Sequence record: ON210137.1
From: Escherichia phage EC150
DNA length: 64,000 bases
Direction: 5' to 3' (one strand)
Part shown: one piece after another, positions 14,577 through 22,189 of the stretch
Layout: each line of letters opens with the position of its first letter
Numbering within the stretch: position 1 is the first letter of the stretch
Made by a program: the position numbers and the translations under genes
The notes under the pieces: model-generated
What the model saw: only the letters and a program-made list of their open reading frames with translations
Told to the model about the DNA's origin: nothing
Database searches by the model: none

Positions 14577-14732
14577 TTATTTTACGCGAAAGAATAGGCG
14601 CGTGCCACACAGCGAGTCCCAACGGCCCTCACCATCCCATATCGACCCAACACCAGCGGTGATTGGGCCAGCAGAATTGGCGGCATTGGCCCAGGCTAGA
14701 CGTTTCAACTTCCAACTGCACCAACGATTCAC
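14577..14732 (-). CDS. possible 51-aa Trp/Cys-rich peptide (GTG start)
   Basis: GTG 14732 overlaps the upstream stop (ATGTGA). Reads (M)NRWCSWKLKRLAWANAANSAGPITAGVGSIWDGEGRWDSLCGTRLFFRVK. It fills an otherwise empty 195-bp gap. Speculative. Confidence 0.2.
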   Translation of the reverse strand: MNRWCSWKLKRLAWANAANSAGPITAGVGSIWDGEGRWDSLCGTRLFFRVK

Positions 14733-14962
14733 ATTTCATCTCCAGATTGCAAAACAAGTCCCGCATAGATGATTGCTAAAGCTAAAGGCGCACCACTTCC
14801 CGCCTCTCTGTTCTCTTTAATCTGAAGAGCATCCTTAAGGAATTGCAACTGAACGTTGAATTCATTTTCAATTCCAAGCACTCCAGACAATCCTTTTACA
14901 GAATCTGCATATGCCTTGTCTAGCACTTCTTTTGGTACTGTTAAAGTCAATTCATTTGCCAT
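14729..14962 (-). CDS. hypothetical protein
   Basis: In-frame ATG 14962 (MANELTLTV...) overlapping the end of the upstream gene by 11 nt. Confidence 0.5.
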   Translation of the reverse strand: MANELTLTVPKEVLDKAYADSVKGLSGVLGIENEFNVQLQFLKDALQIKENREAGSGAPLALAIIYAGLVLQSGDEM

Positions 14963-15173
14963 TTTCTTTCCACTCCACGAATGTACTGCCACTTGTTTCT
15001 CTATTTAGCAGGTATCTGCCGCGCATTCCATGAAGGCTGAACTCAACCGTCGATGGATTAGATTTTGAAAGCCACATCACTTGACCGTCGAATGGTCCGC
15101 CGATGCATGTGTATTTGGCCTTTGGCTCACTCCTTTTGGGTCGCTTTGCCCGCTCTTTGATTGATAGTCTCAT
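14952..15173 (-). CDS. hypothetical basic protein
   Basis: 73-aa ORF whose start overlaps the upstream stop. Confidence 0.5.
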   Translation of the reverse strand: MRLSIKERAKRPKRSEPKAKYTCIGGPFDGQVMWLSKSNPSTVEFSLHGMRGRYLLNRETSGSTFVEWKENGK

Positions 15174-15388
15174 CAGTCTTCACCTTGAGATTCAAGACAA
15201 GTAAGGACAAGCCACGTCATCGGAAGAATCAAAACCAGAGAAATAAGTGACCAAATGGACCAACACAAGATGACAGACTTGAATGTGTGAACGTCGCCAA
15301 ACGTAGCAGTGAAACAAAATCCCATTACGAAAGCAATCGCTGTGGAGTGATTATCAATGGCTTTGATGGCGCGGTCGATGAGTTTCAT
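15173..15388 (-). CDS. small membrane protein (2 TM segments; holin-like topology)
   Basis: 71 aa. TM segments are AIAFVMGFCFTATF and ILCWSIWSLISLVLILPMTWLVL. GGAGG RBS. First gene after promoter 15415-15442. Confidence 0.55.
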   Translation of the reverse strand: MKLIDRAIKAIDNHSTAIAFVMGFCFTATFGDVHTFKSVILCWSIWSLISLVLILPMTWLVLTCLESQGED

Positions 15389-15414
15389 ATTACCTCCGGT
15401 TTTGAGTTAATATG

Positions 15415-15442
15415 ATTATAATGCAGAATTTCAGAAAGGCAA
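15415..15442 (-). promoter_or_regulatory. sigma70-like promoter for the leftward module
   Basis: Minus strand: TTGCCT (15442-15437), 16-nt spacer, TATAAT (15420-15415). Confidence 0.5.
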
Positions 15443-15462
15443 ACTTTTTGTGAATTTAAATT

Positions 15463-15525
15463 AAAAAAATGGCCAGAAATAATCTGGCCAAAAAGATCAC
15501 CCTTTATCCACTACTAAGCTGGAAT
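15463..15525 (-). ncRNA. candidate ~60-nt small RNA or terminated leader
   Basis: On the minus strand, promoter 15558-15530 is followed about 35 nt later by an 8-bp hairpin TGGCCAGA/TCTGGCCA (15490-15470) and a run of 7 T (15469-15463). There is no ATG-initiated ORF. A second promoter follows. Confidence 0.3.
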
Positions 15526-15529
15526 CATA

Positions 15530-15558
15530 ATTTTACTTGATATAGCTGTCTCAAGCAA
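15530..15558 (-). promoter_or_regulatory. sigma70-like promoter (leftward)
   Basis: Minus strand: TTGCTT (15558-15553), 17-nt spacer, TAAAAT (15535-15530). It overlaps the rightward promoter back-to-back. Confidence 0.45.
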
Positions 15559-15566
15559 ACTATAAT
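15537..15566 (+). promoter_or_regulatory. sigma70-like promoter for terL
   Basis: TTGATA (15537-15542), 18-nt spacer, TATAAT (15561-15566). The -10 abuts ATG 15567, which argues that the real terL start is ATG 15600. Confidence 0.45.
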
Positions 15567-17027
15567 ATGAATAAAATATTAACACATAATTGGAAAGTCA
15601 TGTACCAGTTGAATCCTGCTTTAAGAGAAGTCTGGAAGACGAAAGCGCGATACAAAGTCATATACGGCGGTCGTGCATCTTCCAAATCGCACGATGCCGC
15701 TGGTTTTGCTATTTATTTGGCGGCAAACTTCAAATTAAAATTCCTTTGCGTTCGACAATTCCAGAACAAGATTTCTGAATCAGTATATACGCTATTAAAA
15801 GACAAAATAGAAATTTCTGATTTCAAAGACGAGTTCAACTTATTAAAGAACTCTATTGAACACAAAAGAACAAAATCTGAATTCTTATTTTACGGTATCG
15901 CACGCAACGTTGATGAAATCAAATCAACAGAAGGCGTTGATGTTCTTTGGCTTGAAGAAGCGCATGCGCTGACTGAAGAGCAGTGGGACATCATTGAGCC
16001 GACAATTCGTAAGGAAGGGTCCGAAATATGGATCATATTTAACCCTGATGAAGAGGCTGATTTTGTCTACCAGAACTTTGTCATGCGACCGCCGAAGAAT
16101 GCCATCGTTAAGAAGATTAACTGGCAAGACAACCCATTCTTGTCGCAAACAATGCTGGATGTTATCGCTGGCATGTATGAGCGCGACCCGAAAAAGGCAG
16201 AACACGTTTATGGCGGAGTACCGAAGACTGGCGGCGACAAGTCGGTAATCAACCGTGCATTCGTCAAGGCCGCGCTAAACCTCCACAAACACCCTACGCT
16301 GGGATGGAGCTTGTCAGGGTCTAACCGTATAGGCTTTGACGTGGCGGACGACGGCGACGACTTAAACGCCACAGCATTTGTCACTGGCAACGTATTGCGC
16401 GGCATCAAGACATGGGAAGGTCTGGAGGATGAATTGCTTAAGTCCGCAAGCGGAGTCTGGAAAGACGCATTGACATTCGGCGCATCAATCACCTATGACG
16501 CCATCGGTGTTGGTGCATTTGCTGGTTCAAAATTTGATGAGCTTAATGAGTGTGCAATCCATGAAAATCCAACATTCCCAAGAATCGAATTTAATGCGTT
16601 CAACGCGCAAGGTGCTGTTGATGATCCTGATGACGTTTTCCTTGAGTTACCACACGTTGAAATACTCAATAAAGACCATTTCGCAAACATAAAAGCGCAA
16701 AAATGGACTGAGATTGCCGAACGATTCAGAAAGACATATGAGTATGCGACAGGGCAAGCCGTATATCCGACCGATGAGTTGATTTCCATCGACACAGACG
16801 GCATCCCAGAACTTGGTATTCCCGCTTGGTCTGCGGAAGAGATTGAGACGTTTCTTTTTGAGATGTCAGCGCCGCGCAAAGATACGTCTGTTCTTGGTAA
16901 GTTCAAAGTTGAATCGAAAAAAGATATGGCAAAGCGTGGAGTCAAATCGCCTAACAAAGCGGACGCAGCAATCATGGCATTGATGAAACCAATTGTTGCA
17001 GCATCCGGCTTCTTCTCTAACCTTTAA
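15567..17027 (+). CDS. terL: terminase large subunit
   Basis: 486-codon ORF. Walker A-like GGRASSKS, then LWLEEA (Walker B-like), then a C-terminal nuclease-type region with acidic motifs. Resembles PBSX/headful-type TerL. The true start is probably ATG 15600 (GGAAAG RBS). Confidence 0.9.
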   Translation: MNKILTHNWKVMYQLNPALREVWKTKARYKVIYGGRASSKSHDAAGFAIYLAANFKLKFLCVRQFQNKISESVYTLLKDKIEISDFKDEFNLLKNSIEHKRTKSEFLFYGIARNVDEIKSTEGVDVLWLEEAHALTEEQWDIIEPTIRKEGSEIWIIFNPDEEADFVYQNFVMRPPKNAIVKKINWQDNPFLSQTMLDVIAGMYERDPKKAEHVYGGVPKTGGDKSVINRAFVKAALNLHKHPTLGWSLSGSNRIGFDVADDGDDLNATAFVTGNVLRGIKTWEGLEDELLKSASGVWKDALTFGASITYDAIGVGAFAGSKFDELNECAIHENPTFPRIEFNAFNAQGAVDDPDDVFLELPHVEILNKDHFANIKAQKWTEIAERFRKTYEYATGQAVYPTDELISIDTDGIPELGIPAWSAEEIETFLFEMSAPRKDTSVLGKFKVESKKDMAKRGVKSPNKADAAIMALMKPIVAASGFFSNL

Positions 17028-17030
17028 CAA

Positions 17031-17270
17031 TTAAATCATTCCGTGCTGAAGGTCGAGCTTTCTTGCGGCAAACGACCTGGCACGGAATCGCTTACCCGCC
17101 CTTACTGCCTGTCGAATTTTCTTTTGCAAACACTTACGGTCAAAATCGTTGCGGTCGACGGCTTCGAGTAAATCGCGACGCAGTGCACCCAGTGTCGACT
17201 TTTCGGAGACTTCAACGCCCAGCGCGGCTGCAACATCTTTCAAAACATCGAGTTCGGTTAAAGTTCTCAT
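17031..17270 (-). CDS. hypothetical protein (N-terminal SAP/HeH-like helix pair, basic C-terminus)
   Basis: 79-aa ORF on the opposite strand between terL and portal. LTELDVLKDVAAALGV resembles SAP/Rho-N motifs. Confidence 0.5.
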   Translation of the reverse strand: MRTLTELDVLKDVAAALGVEVSEKSTLGALRRDLLEAVDRNDFDRKCLQKKIRQAVRAGKRFRARSFAARKLDLQHGMI

Positions 17271-17683
17271 TTGATAATCCCCTTGATGTCTGATTCTGCC
17301 ATAAAGATTGGAGTGCCGCCGCCAGGAACAATAGAGCGCGTGACCTTGTCAAACATATCGTTTTCTTCAACTTGAATACGATAAAATTTATTTTTGGATG
17401 AAGATGGGCACAATCCCATAAATTTTCCGATGCCGCGAACGCATTCATCTTCAAAGTATACTGTTTCACCTTGAATGGAGTCGATGTCGTCTACTGGATA
17501 GACCTTGCGACCCAATAGCCACTCATCCAAAGTCGCCTGCAAGACGTTGCGCGCATCTAAAATCCACGGGTCAATAGTAGCACCTTCATATCGCGCAGCA
17601 GTGGCCTTTGCCAGTTCTTCATATTCGCATACGTTAACGACTTCGCCGTTGTGCAAGACGACAAATACAATTGTTGTGCTCAT
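17267..17683 (-). CDS. hypothetical protein
   Basis: 138-aa ORF with AGGAG RBS. Overlaps the downstream gene by 4 nt. Confidence 0.55.
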   Translation of the reverse strand: MSTTIVFVVLHNGEVVNVCEYEELAKATAARYEGATIDPWILDARNVLQATLDEWLLGRKVYPVDDIDSIQGETVYFEDECVRGIGKFMGLCPSSSKNKFYRIQVEENDMFDKVTRSIVPGGGTPIFMAESDIKGIIK

Positions 17684-17778
17684 TTCAATCTCCTTTCGTT
17701 TGGTTAACTAAAATATAACTCAAAATGATACAAAAGCAAAATATTTTATGAACTATTTATGATCACCATACATATCAT

Positions 17779-17807
17779 TTGCTTACAAACACATGAATAT
17801 TTATAAT
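17779..17807 (+). promoter_or_regulatory. sigma70-like promoter for the portal operon
   Basis: TTGCTT (17779-17784), 17-nt spacer, TATAAT (17802-17807). Confidence 0.5.
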
Positions 17808-17845
17808 ATAGATTGATTCCCTTTCACTGTCAGGTGGCGTTAACA

Positions 17846-20221
17846 ATGAAAATTCTTGGCATAAAACTCTGGGAGAAGACGCAACCAGAAGCCGAACCAG
17901 CGGAGATGCCGCCAGGCGACCCATTGGCACCGTTTGAACGCCTTGAAAGGCGCGGCAGCGGTCAACGCTGGGAAAAGACTGAAAGCAATCGACCGACCTT
18001 TAAAACGGTTGATGACTTCCCTTTATATGAGCCTGATATTAATGGCGATGGTGTTGCAATCATAAAAGGTCGTTCAGTCGATTCCGCAACAGTATCCAAA
18101 AAGGTTATGGATAATGCCTTAAAGAACATCAGTTCAGAAGGGCAAGTCAACCCATACACAGTACCTATTCAACTTCAAAACTGGTATTTGTCACAGTCAT
18201 TCATCGGCTATCAAGCTTGTGCCATCATCGCACAGCATTGGCTGGTGAACAAGGCATGTTCCATGGTAGGCCGCGATGCGGTCCGTAAAGGTTGGGAAGT
18301 CAAATCCAGTTCTGAGTCAGAATTGTCAGTACAGGCAAGCGAACGCCTAAAGCAAATTGATAAAGAATTTAATATCAAAGAGCACTTAGTTGAAGCCGAA
18401 CGATTCAAAAATATTTTTGGTATCCGCGTCATCATATTTGATGTGCGTAGTGATGACCCAGAATATTACAGCAAGCCTTTTAACATTGATGGTGTGACAA
18501 AGGGGTCTTATAAGGGAATCATTCAGGTTGACCCTTATTGGATGATGCCGTTTCTGACGTCTGAAAACACAGCAGACCCTGCATCACAGCACTTCTATGA
18601 CCCAGAATATTGGGTAATCAGCGGACAACGTTATCATCGCAGCCACCTCATAATCTTGCGCAACGATGAGCCAGCTGATATTCTCAAGCCGACTTATATT
18701 TACGGCGGCATTCCTCTGACTCAGCAGATTTATGAACGCATCTATGCCGCTGAACGTACCGCCAACGAAGCGCCATTGCTGGCGATGTCCAAGCGTACAA
18801 CGACGCTGCGGACCGACGTTGACAAGGCTATTGCCAATGAGCGGTCTTTTGCAGAACGTCTGATGATGTGGATCAAGTACCGCGACAACTATGCAGTCAA
18901 AGTGCTTGGCCAAAAAGAAGAGATGGACCAGTTTGACATCAACTTGTCAGACTTCGACAGCATCATCATGAACCAGTACCAGCTTGTGGCCGCAATCGCA
19001 AAAGTTCCGTCGACCAAACTGCTTGGGACTTCGCCAAAAGGCTTTAACGCCACTGGTGAATTCGAGATGGTCAGCTATCACGAAGAGTTGGAAACGTGCC
19101 AGCAGCATGACCTGACAAAAATTCTCGACCGCCATTACAAAATCCTTCTCAAATCAGAAGGGGTGGATGTCGATGTTAAGGTTGCATGGGAACCAGTTGG
19201 CTCACTTACTGCTACTCAACTTGCAGAAATCAATGATAAGCGAGCCAACACTGGCAAAACTCTTATTGATGCTGGCGTCATTTCTCCTGATGAAGAGCGC
19301 GACCGCATCAAAGACGACAAAAACAGCGGCTACAACCGTCTGCCGGAAGACGCAGCAGAAGAAACCCCAGGGATGTCTCCAGAGAATATGGCATTGCTTG
19401 GCAAGTCTGCTGGTGAAGTCCTGCAAGGTAAGGCCGATATTGAACAGGCGAAAGCTGATGTCGTTAAGATGGGCGGCCAGTTCTATAGCGAAACAGGTAT
19501 TATGCCAGAGGGTGCCGCGCGCGGTGAGTTGGCGGAAAACCCTGACAAAGCGCCTGTCGAAATCAACATGGACGATACCGATGATGAATCGAGCCATCAC
19601 ATTGATGTCCTAACGCAGTTGAAAGAAGGGCTGGAGGGTATTGCGGATTACTACCTGAAAGAAGGTCAGGATGTGGATTTTGACCCTCAAAAAGATTCAC
19701 GGTCGGTGCAACCGTCTACCCTTCCAAGCGTTAAAGGACACGTAGTCAACTTACGCCACAACGTGGGTAAAATGGACGCAGCATCATTACCTAAGATGAA
19801 GTTGCACGGAATGATTCTTGGCATTGAGAATCCGCGAAACAGCATTCGTAGAGGAAACAGCATTGACGGTGAATGGGCCGTGAAGATGCCGCACCACTAC
19901 GGATTCATCAAGGGCACCAAGGGCGCAGACGGTGATGAAGTCGACTGCTTTGTGGGTCCAAATCTGAAGTCGCCGAAAGTCTTTATTGTGAACCAAAACG
20001 ATAACTACTCTGGCGAGTTTGATGAACACAAGTGTATGCTTGGATTCGATTCAGCAGAAGAAGCGAAAGAAGCTTATCAAGCATCATTTGGTAACGGTTG
20101 GAACGGCTTCGACTCAATCCACGAATTAGATGTGAACTCATTCAAGGAGTGGTTGAAGGGTGATTGCTCTCAAGCATACGGAGCACTCAATAATCCTACT
20201 AATTCACCGAAGCAAGGTTGA
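17846..20221 (+). CDS. portal protein with a C-terminal extra domain
   Basis: In-frame ATG 17846 after AGGTGG. Size and position (after terL) fit a portal, and the body resembles DUF1073-type portals by recall. The C-terminal ~150 aa (..YGFIKGTKGADGDEVDCFVG..FDEHKCMLGF..) is an add-on domain. Confidence 0.85.
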   Translation: MKILGIKLWEKTQPEAEPAEMPPGDPLAPFERLERRGSGQRWEKTESNRPTFKTVDDFPLYEPDINGDGVAIIKGRSVDSATVSKKVMDNALKNISSEGQVNPYTVPIQLQNWYLSQSFIGYQACAIIAQHWLVNKACSMVGRDAVRKGWEVKSSSESELSVQASERLKQIDKEFNIKEHLVEAERFKNIFGIRVIIFDVRSDDPEYYSKPFNIDGVTKGSYKGIIQVDPYWMMPFLTSENTADPASQHFYDPEYWVISGQRYHRSHLIILRNDEPADILKPTYIYGGIPLTQQIYERIYAAERTANEAPLLAMSKRTTTLRTDVDKAIANERSFAERLMMWIKYRDNYAVKVLGQKEEMDQFDINLSDFDSIIMNQYQLVAAIAKVPSTKLLGTSPKGFNATGEFEMVSYHEELETCQQHDLTKILDRHYKILLKSEGVDVDVKVAWEPVGSLTATQLAEINDKRANTGKTLIDAGVISPDEERDRIKDDKNSGYNRLPEDAAEETPGMSPENMALLGKSAGEVLQGKADIEQAKADVVKMGGQFYSETGIMPEGAARGELAENPDKAPVEINMDDTDDESSHHIDVLTQLKEGLEGIADYYLKEGQDVDFDPQKDSRSVQPSTLPSVKGHVVNLRHNVGKMDAASLPKMKLHGMILGIENPRNSIRRGNSIDGEWAVKMPHHYGFIKGTKGADGDEVDCFVGPNLKSPKVFIVNQNDNYSGEFDEHKCMLGFDSAEEAKEAYQASFGNGWNGFDSIHELDVNSFKEWLKGDCSQAYGALNNPTNSPKQG

Positions 20222-20222
20222 T

Positions 20223-21074
20223 ATGGCTTTTAAAGCTTCGAAAAAACGTGAACGCCGCTCACCCGATAGAGTCGGGCGCGGCAGTCCGATAATCCCATCC
20301 AACGCTATTGCGATGGCCTATCGTCGTGAGATGAAAGGTCTTTGCTATGCGATGATTGACGACTATCAAGCAGGAATTGCTGAGTGGCTTGAAAAGAAGC
20401 AGGTTAAAAAGTTCTTTGCGCAAGACTCTGCTGATTCAACTTTTCAGACCTTGATGAAGCGACTGCAACTGAAATGGGCAAAAGCTTTCGCCCGTGTCGG
20501 GTCAAAGATTGCCGCAGATTTCATCAAGTCAGTTGAAAAGGGCGCCACTTCTGCTACATTTGCAAGTCTTAAATCTGCAGGAATAGAAGCGCCAAAAGCC
20601 ACATATAATAAATTCGTTGAGAACACTCTTAAAACAAGCGAGACGTTCAACACGACTTTAGTGACTAAGGTTGGCGAAGATATTCACAACAGGGTGTACG
20701 AAGCGGTGATGCTTTCGCTGACTTCGCCAGACCCAGCACAACAAGGCACGTCAGGCATTCAGGCGGCATTGCGAAACGTAAAACACTTCTCTGCAAAGAG
20801 AGTCGACTTGATCGCTAAAGACCAGACAAGCAAGTTGTATTGCGTTCTAAGCGATGAAAGGATGCGCCAGAATGGAGTCGAAGAATTTGAGTGGGCGCAC
20901 TCAGGAGCAGGAAAGGAGCCGCGAATCTCTCATGAACACGTCGACGGAATGAGATTCAAACTTGATGACAAGCGCCTATGGGAAGTTGGCGGCGAATTGA
21001 AGTTCAAAAAGGGTGACATCGGTCCTCCTGGATGGGCAATACACTGCAAGTGCAGAAAAATACCAATCATTTGA
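20223..21074 (+). CDS. minor head / head-morphogenesis protein (Mu F / SPP1 gp7-like)
   Basis: In-frame ATG 20223, 1 nt after the portal stop. C-terminal ...HSGAGKEPRISHEHVDGMRF...GPPGWAIHCKCR is typical of the family. Confidence 0.75.
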   Translation: MAFKASKKRERRSPDRVGRGSPIIPSNAIAMAYRREMKGLCYAMIDDYQAGIAEWLEKKQVKKFFAQDSADSTFQTLMKRLQLKWAKAFARVGSKIAADFIKSVEKGATSATFASLKSAGIEAPKATYNKFVENTLKTSETFNTTLVTKVGEDIHNRVYEAVMLSLTSPDPAQQGTSGIQAALRNVKHFSAKRVDLIAKDQTSKLYCVLSDERMRQNGVEEFEWAHSGAGKEPRISHEHVDGMRFKLDDKRLWEVGGELKFKKGDIGPPGWAIHCKCRKIPII

Positions 21075-21081
21075 GGTCATT

Positions 21082-22002
21082 ATGACGATACCAATCAGCA
21101 CGTTTCCTCTATCTGGACAAACGCCAGTATTGCCTGCTGTATATGCTAACGGTTTGGCGATTGTTTCAGAATTTACATCCGATAAAAACCTGATTGTTCC
21201 ATTGAGTCCGCCATTGGCATCTGGATACAATTCAGTTGGTCAATTCTTTATGATCGGTAATGATGGCGATTCTACCAGCAAGCCGAATCTGACACTTTCA
21301 GTTCCCAAAATGAACATAACAGACGTGCAGACTGGTTTAACTGCATCTACAATCACCATCGCTTTTGGAGAAGCAGTGATTATAGGCATGGAGTCTGGAG
21401 GGTCCAAGAATGCTGTCGCCGTTAAGGTAGTCAAATCCAGCGGCAACCAATACACGTTACCAGCGGCAACGGCTTCTGTTCTCGGCGGCGTCAAGATAGG
21501 AAGTGGCATAAGTGTTGCAGGTGACGGTACAATTAGTGTTACTCAATACTCGTTACCGATTGCATCAGCATCAACCTTGGGTGGCGTAAAAGTAGGAACG
21601 ACACTATCAATTGATGGTTCTGGAGTTCTTAATGCTGCTGCAAGCAATGTGCAAAACACAAGCAATAGTGTAAGCAATCCTCCGACAACTCTGGTGAATC
21701 TGGCAACATTAAACCTGCCTGCAGGGAAATGGCTTGTGACAGCAAGTCAGTTGACTGTCGCAACAGAAGGAGTTCAAGCGAATACCGGAATTACAGTAAA
21801 ATTGTCAACAAGTAATTCAGATATTACGGATGATGCATTCACGATGTCTGCTGGCATTCGGGCTGCAGGTCGTTTCGGCGGCAATATTCCAACAAAGATA
21901 ATTACTCTTGCCGCGCCTGGCAACGTGTATCTAAACTATCAATGCACAGACGCATTGACATCTACCGTTTACGGACAGATCACCGCAATTAAGTTGAACT
22001 AA
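21082..22002 (+). CDS. fibre-like virion protein (possible head fibre)
   Basis: In-frame ATG 21082. Tandem ~32-aa repeats Y(T/S)LP.A.AS.LGGVK(I/V)G......G.G.. (nt ~21448-21633), then a Ser/Thr/Asn/Ala-rich C-terminus. Lies inside the head-gene block. Confidence 0.6.
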   Translation: MTIPISTFPLSGQTPVLPAVYANGLAIVSEFTSDKNLIVPLSPPLASGYNSVGQFFMIGNDGDSTSKPNLTLSVPKMNITDVQTGLTASTITIAFGEAVIIGMESGGSKNAVAVKVVKSSGNQYTLPAATASVLGGVKIGSGISVAGDGTISVTQYSLPIASASTLGGVKVGTTLSIDGSGVLNAAASNVQNTSNSVSNPPTTLVNLATLNLPAGKWLVTASQLTVATEGVQANTGITVKLSTSNSDITDDAFTMSAGIRAAGRFGGNIPTKIITLAAPGNVYLNYQCTDALTSTVYGQITAIKLN

Positions 22003-22012
22003 AGAGGAAGTT

Positions 22013-22150
22013 ATGCAAAAGATTATGCAGTCACGTTACGTTAAAGTGCGAAATATTAATTGCAACTCTTTGCTTTCTTGGAAATGGGCTGTTTACGACT
22101 CGATGCTGATTGGCGTTTTAGTTGCTGGAGTGCTTTTTAATATTCACTGA
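22013..22150 (+). CDS. possible 45-aa membrane peptide
   Basis: MQKIMQSRYVKVRNINCNSLLSWKWAVYDSMLIGVLVAGVLFNIH. AGAGGAAG RBS 5 nt upstream. Below the ORF-track size cut-off. Confidence 0.35.
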   Translation: MQKIMQSRYVKVRNINCNSLLSWKWAVYDSMLIGVLVAGVLFNIH

Positions 22151-22189
22151 ATCGCCTGGCAATGGATTGCCGCAGGATTTCACGCGTAT

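Noticed and set aside
15463-15490. Hairpin TGGCCAGAAATAATCTGGCCA as a plus-strand terminator
   Set aside because: On the plus strand it is preceded by an A-run and followed by AAAAAG, with no T-tract. No plus-strand gene ends upstream of it. The T-run is on the minus strand.
15567-15599. ATG 15567 as the true terL start
   Set aside because: A well-spaced -35/-10 promoter ends at 15566, so transcripts would start downstream of this ATG, and there is no RBS. ATG 15600 has a GGAAAG RBS. The full ORF coordinates are kept in the feature list because the promoter is only predicted.
16208-16975. Long antisense ORFs inside terL, and similar ones inside portal, tape measure, fibre and polymerase genes (e.g. 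42620..43135, 33962..34366, 47622..48146, 44489..44971)
   Set aside because: Each is fully nested antisense within a gene that carries clear family motifs. They lack RBSs and have skewed Ser/Arg/Cys-rich compositions typical of non-coding frames.
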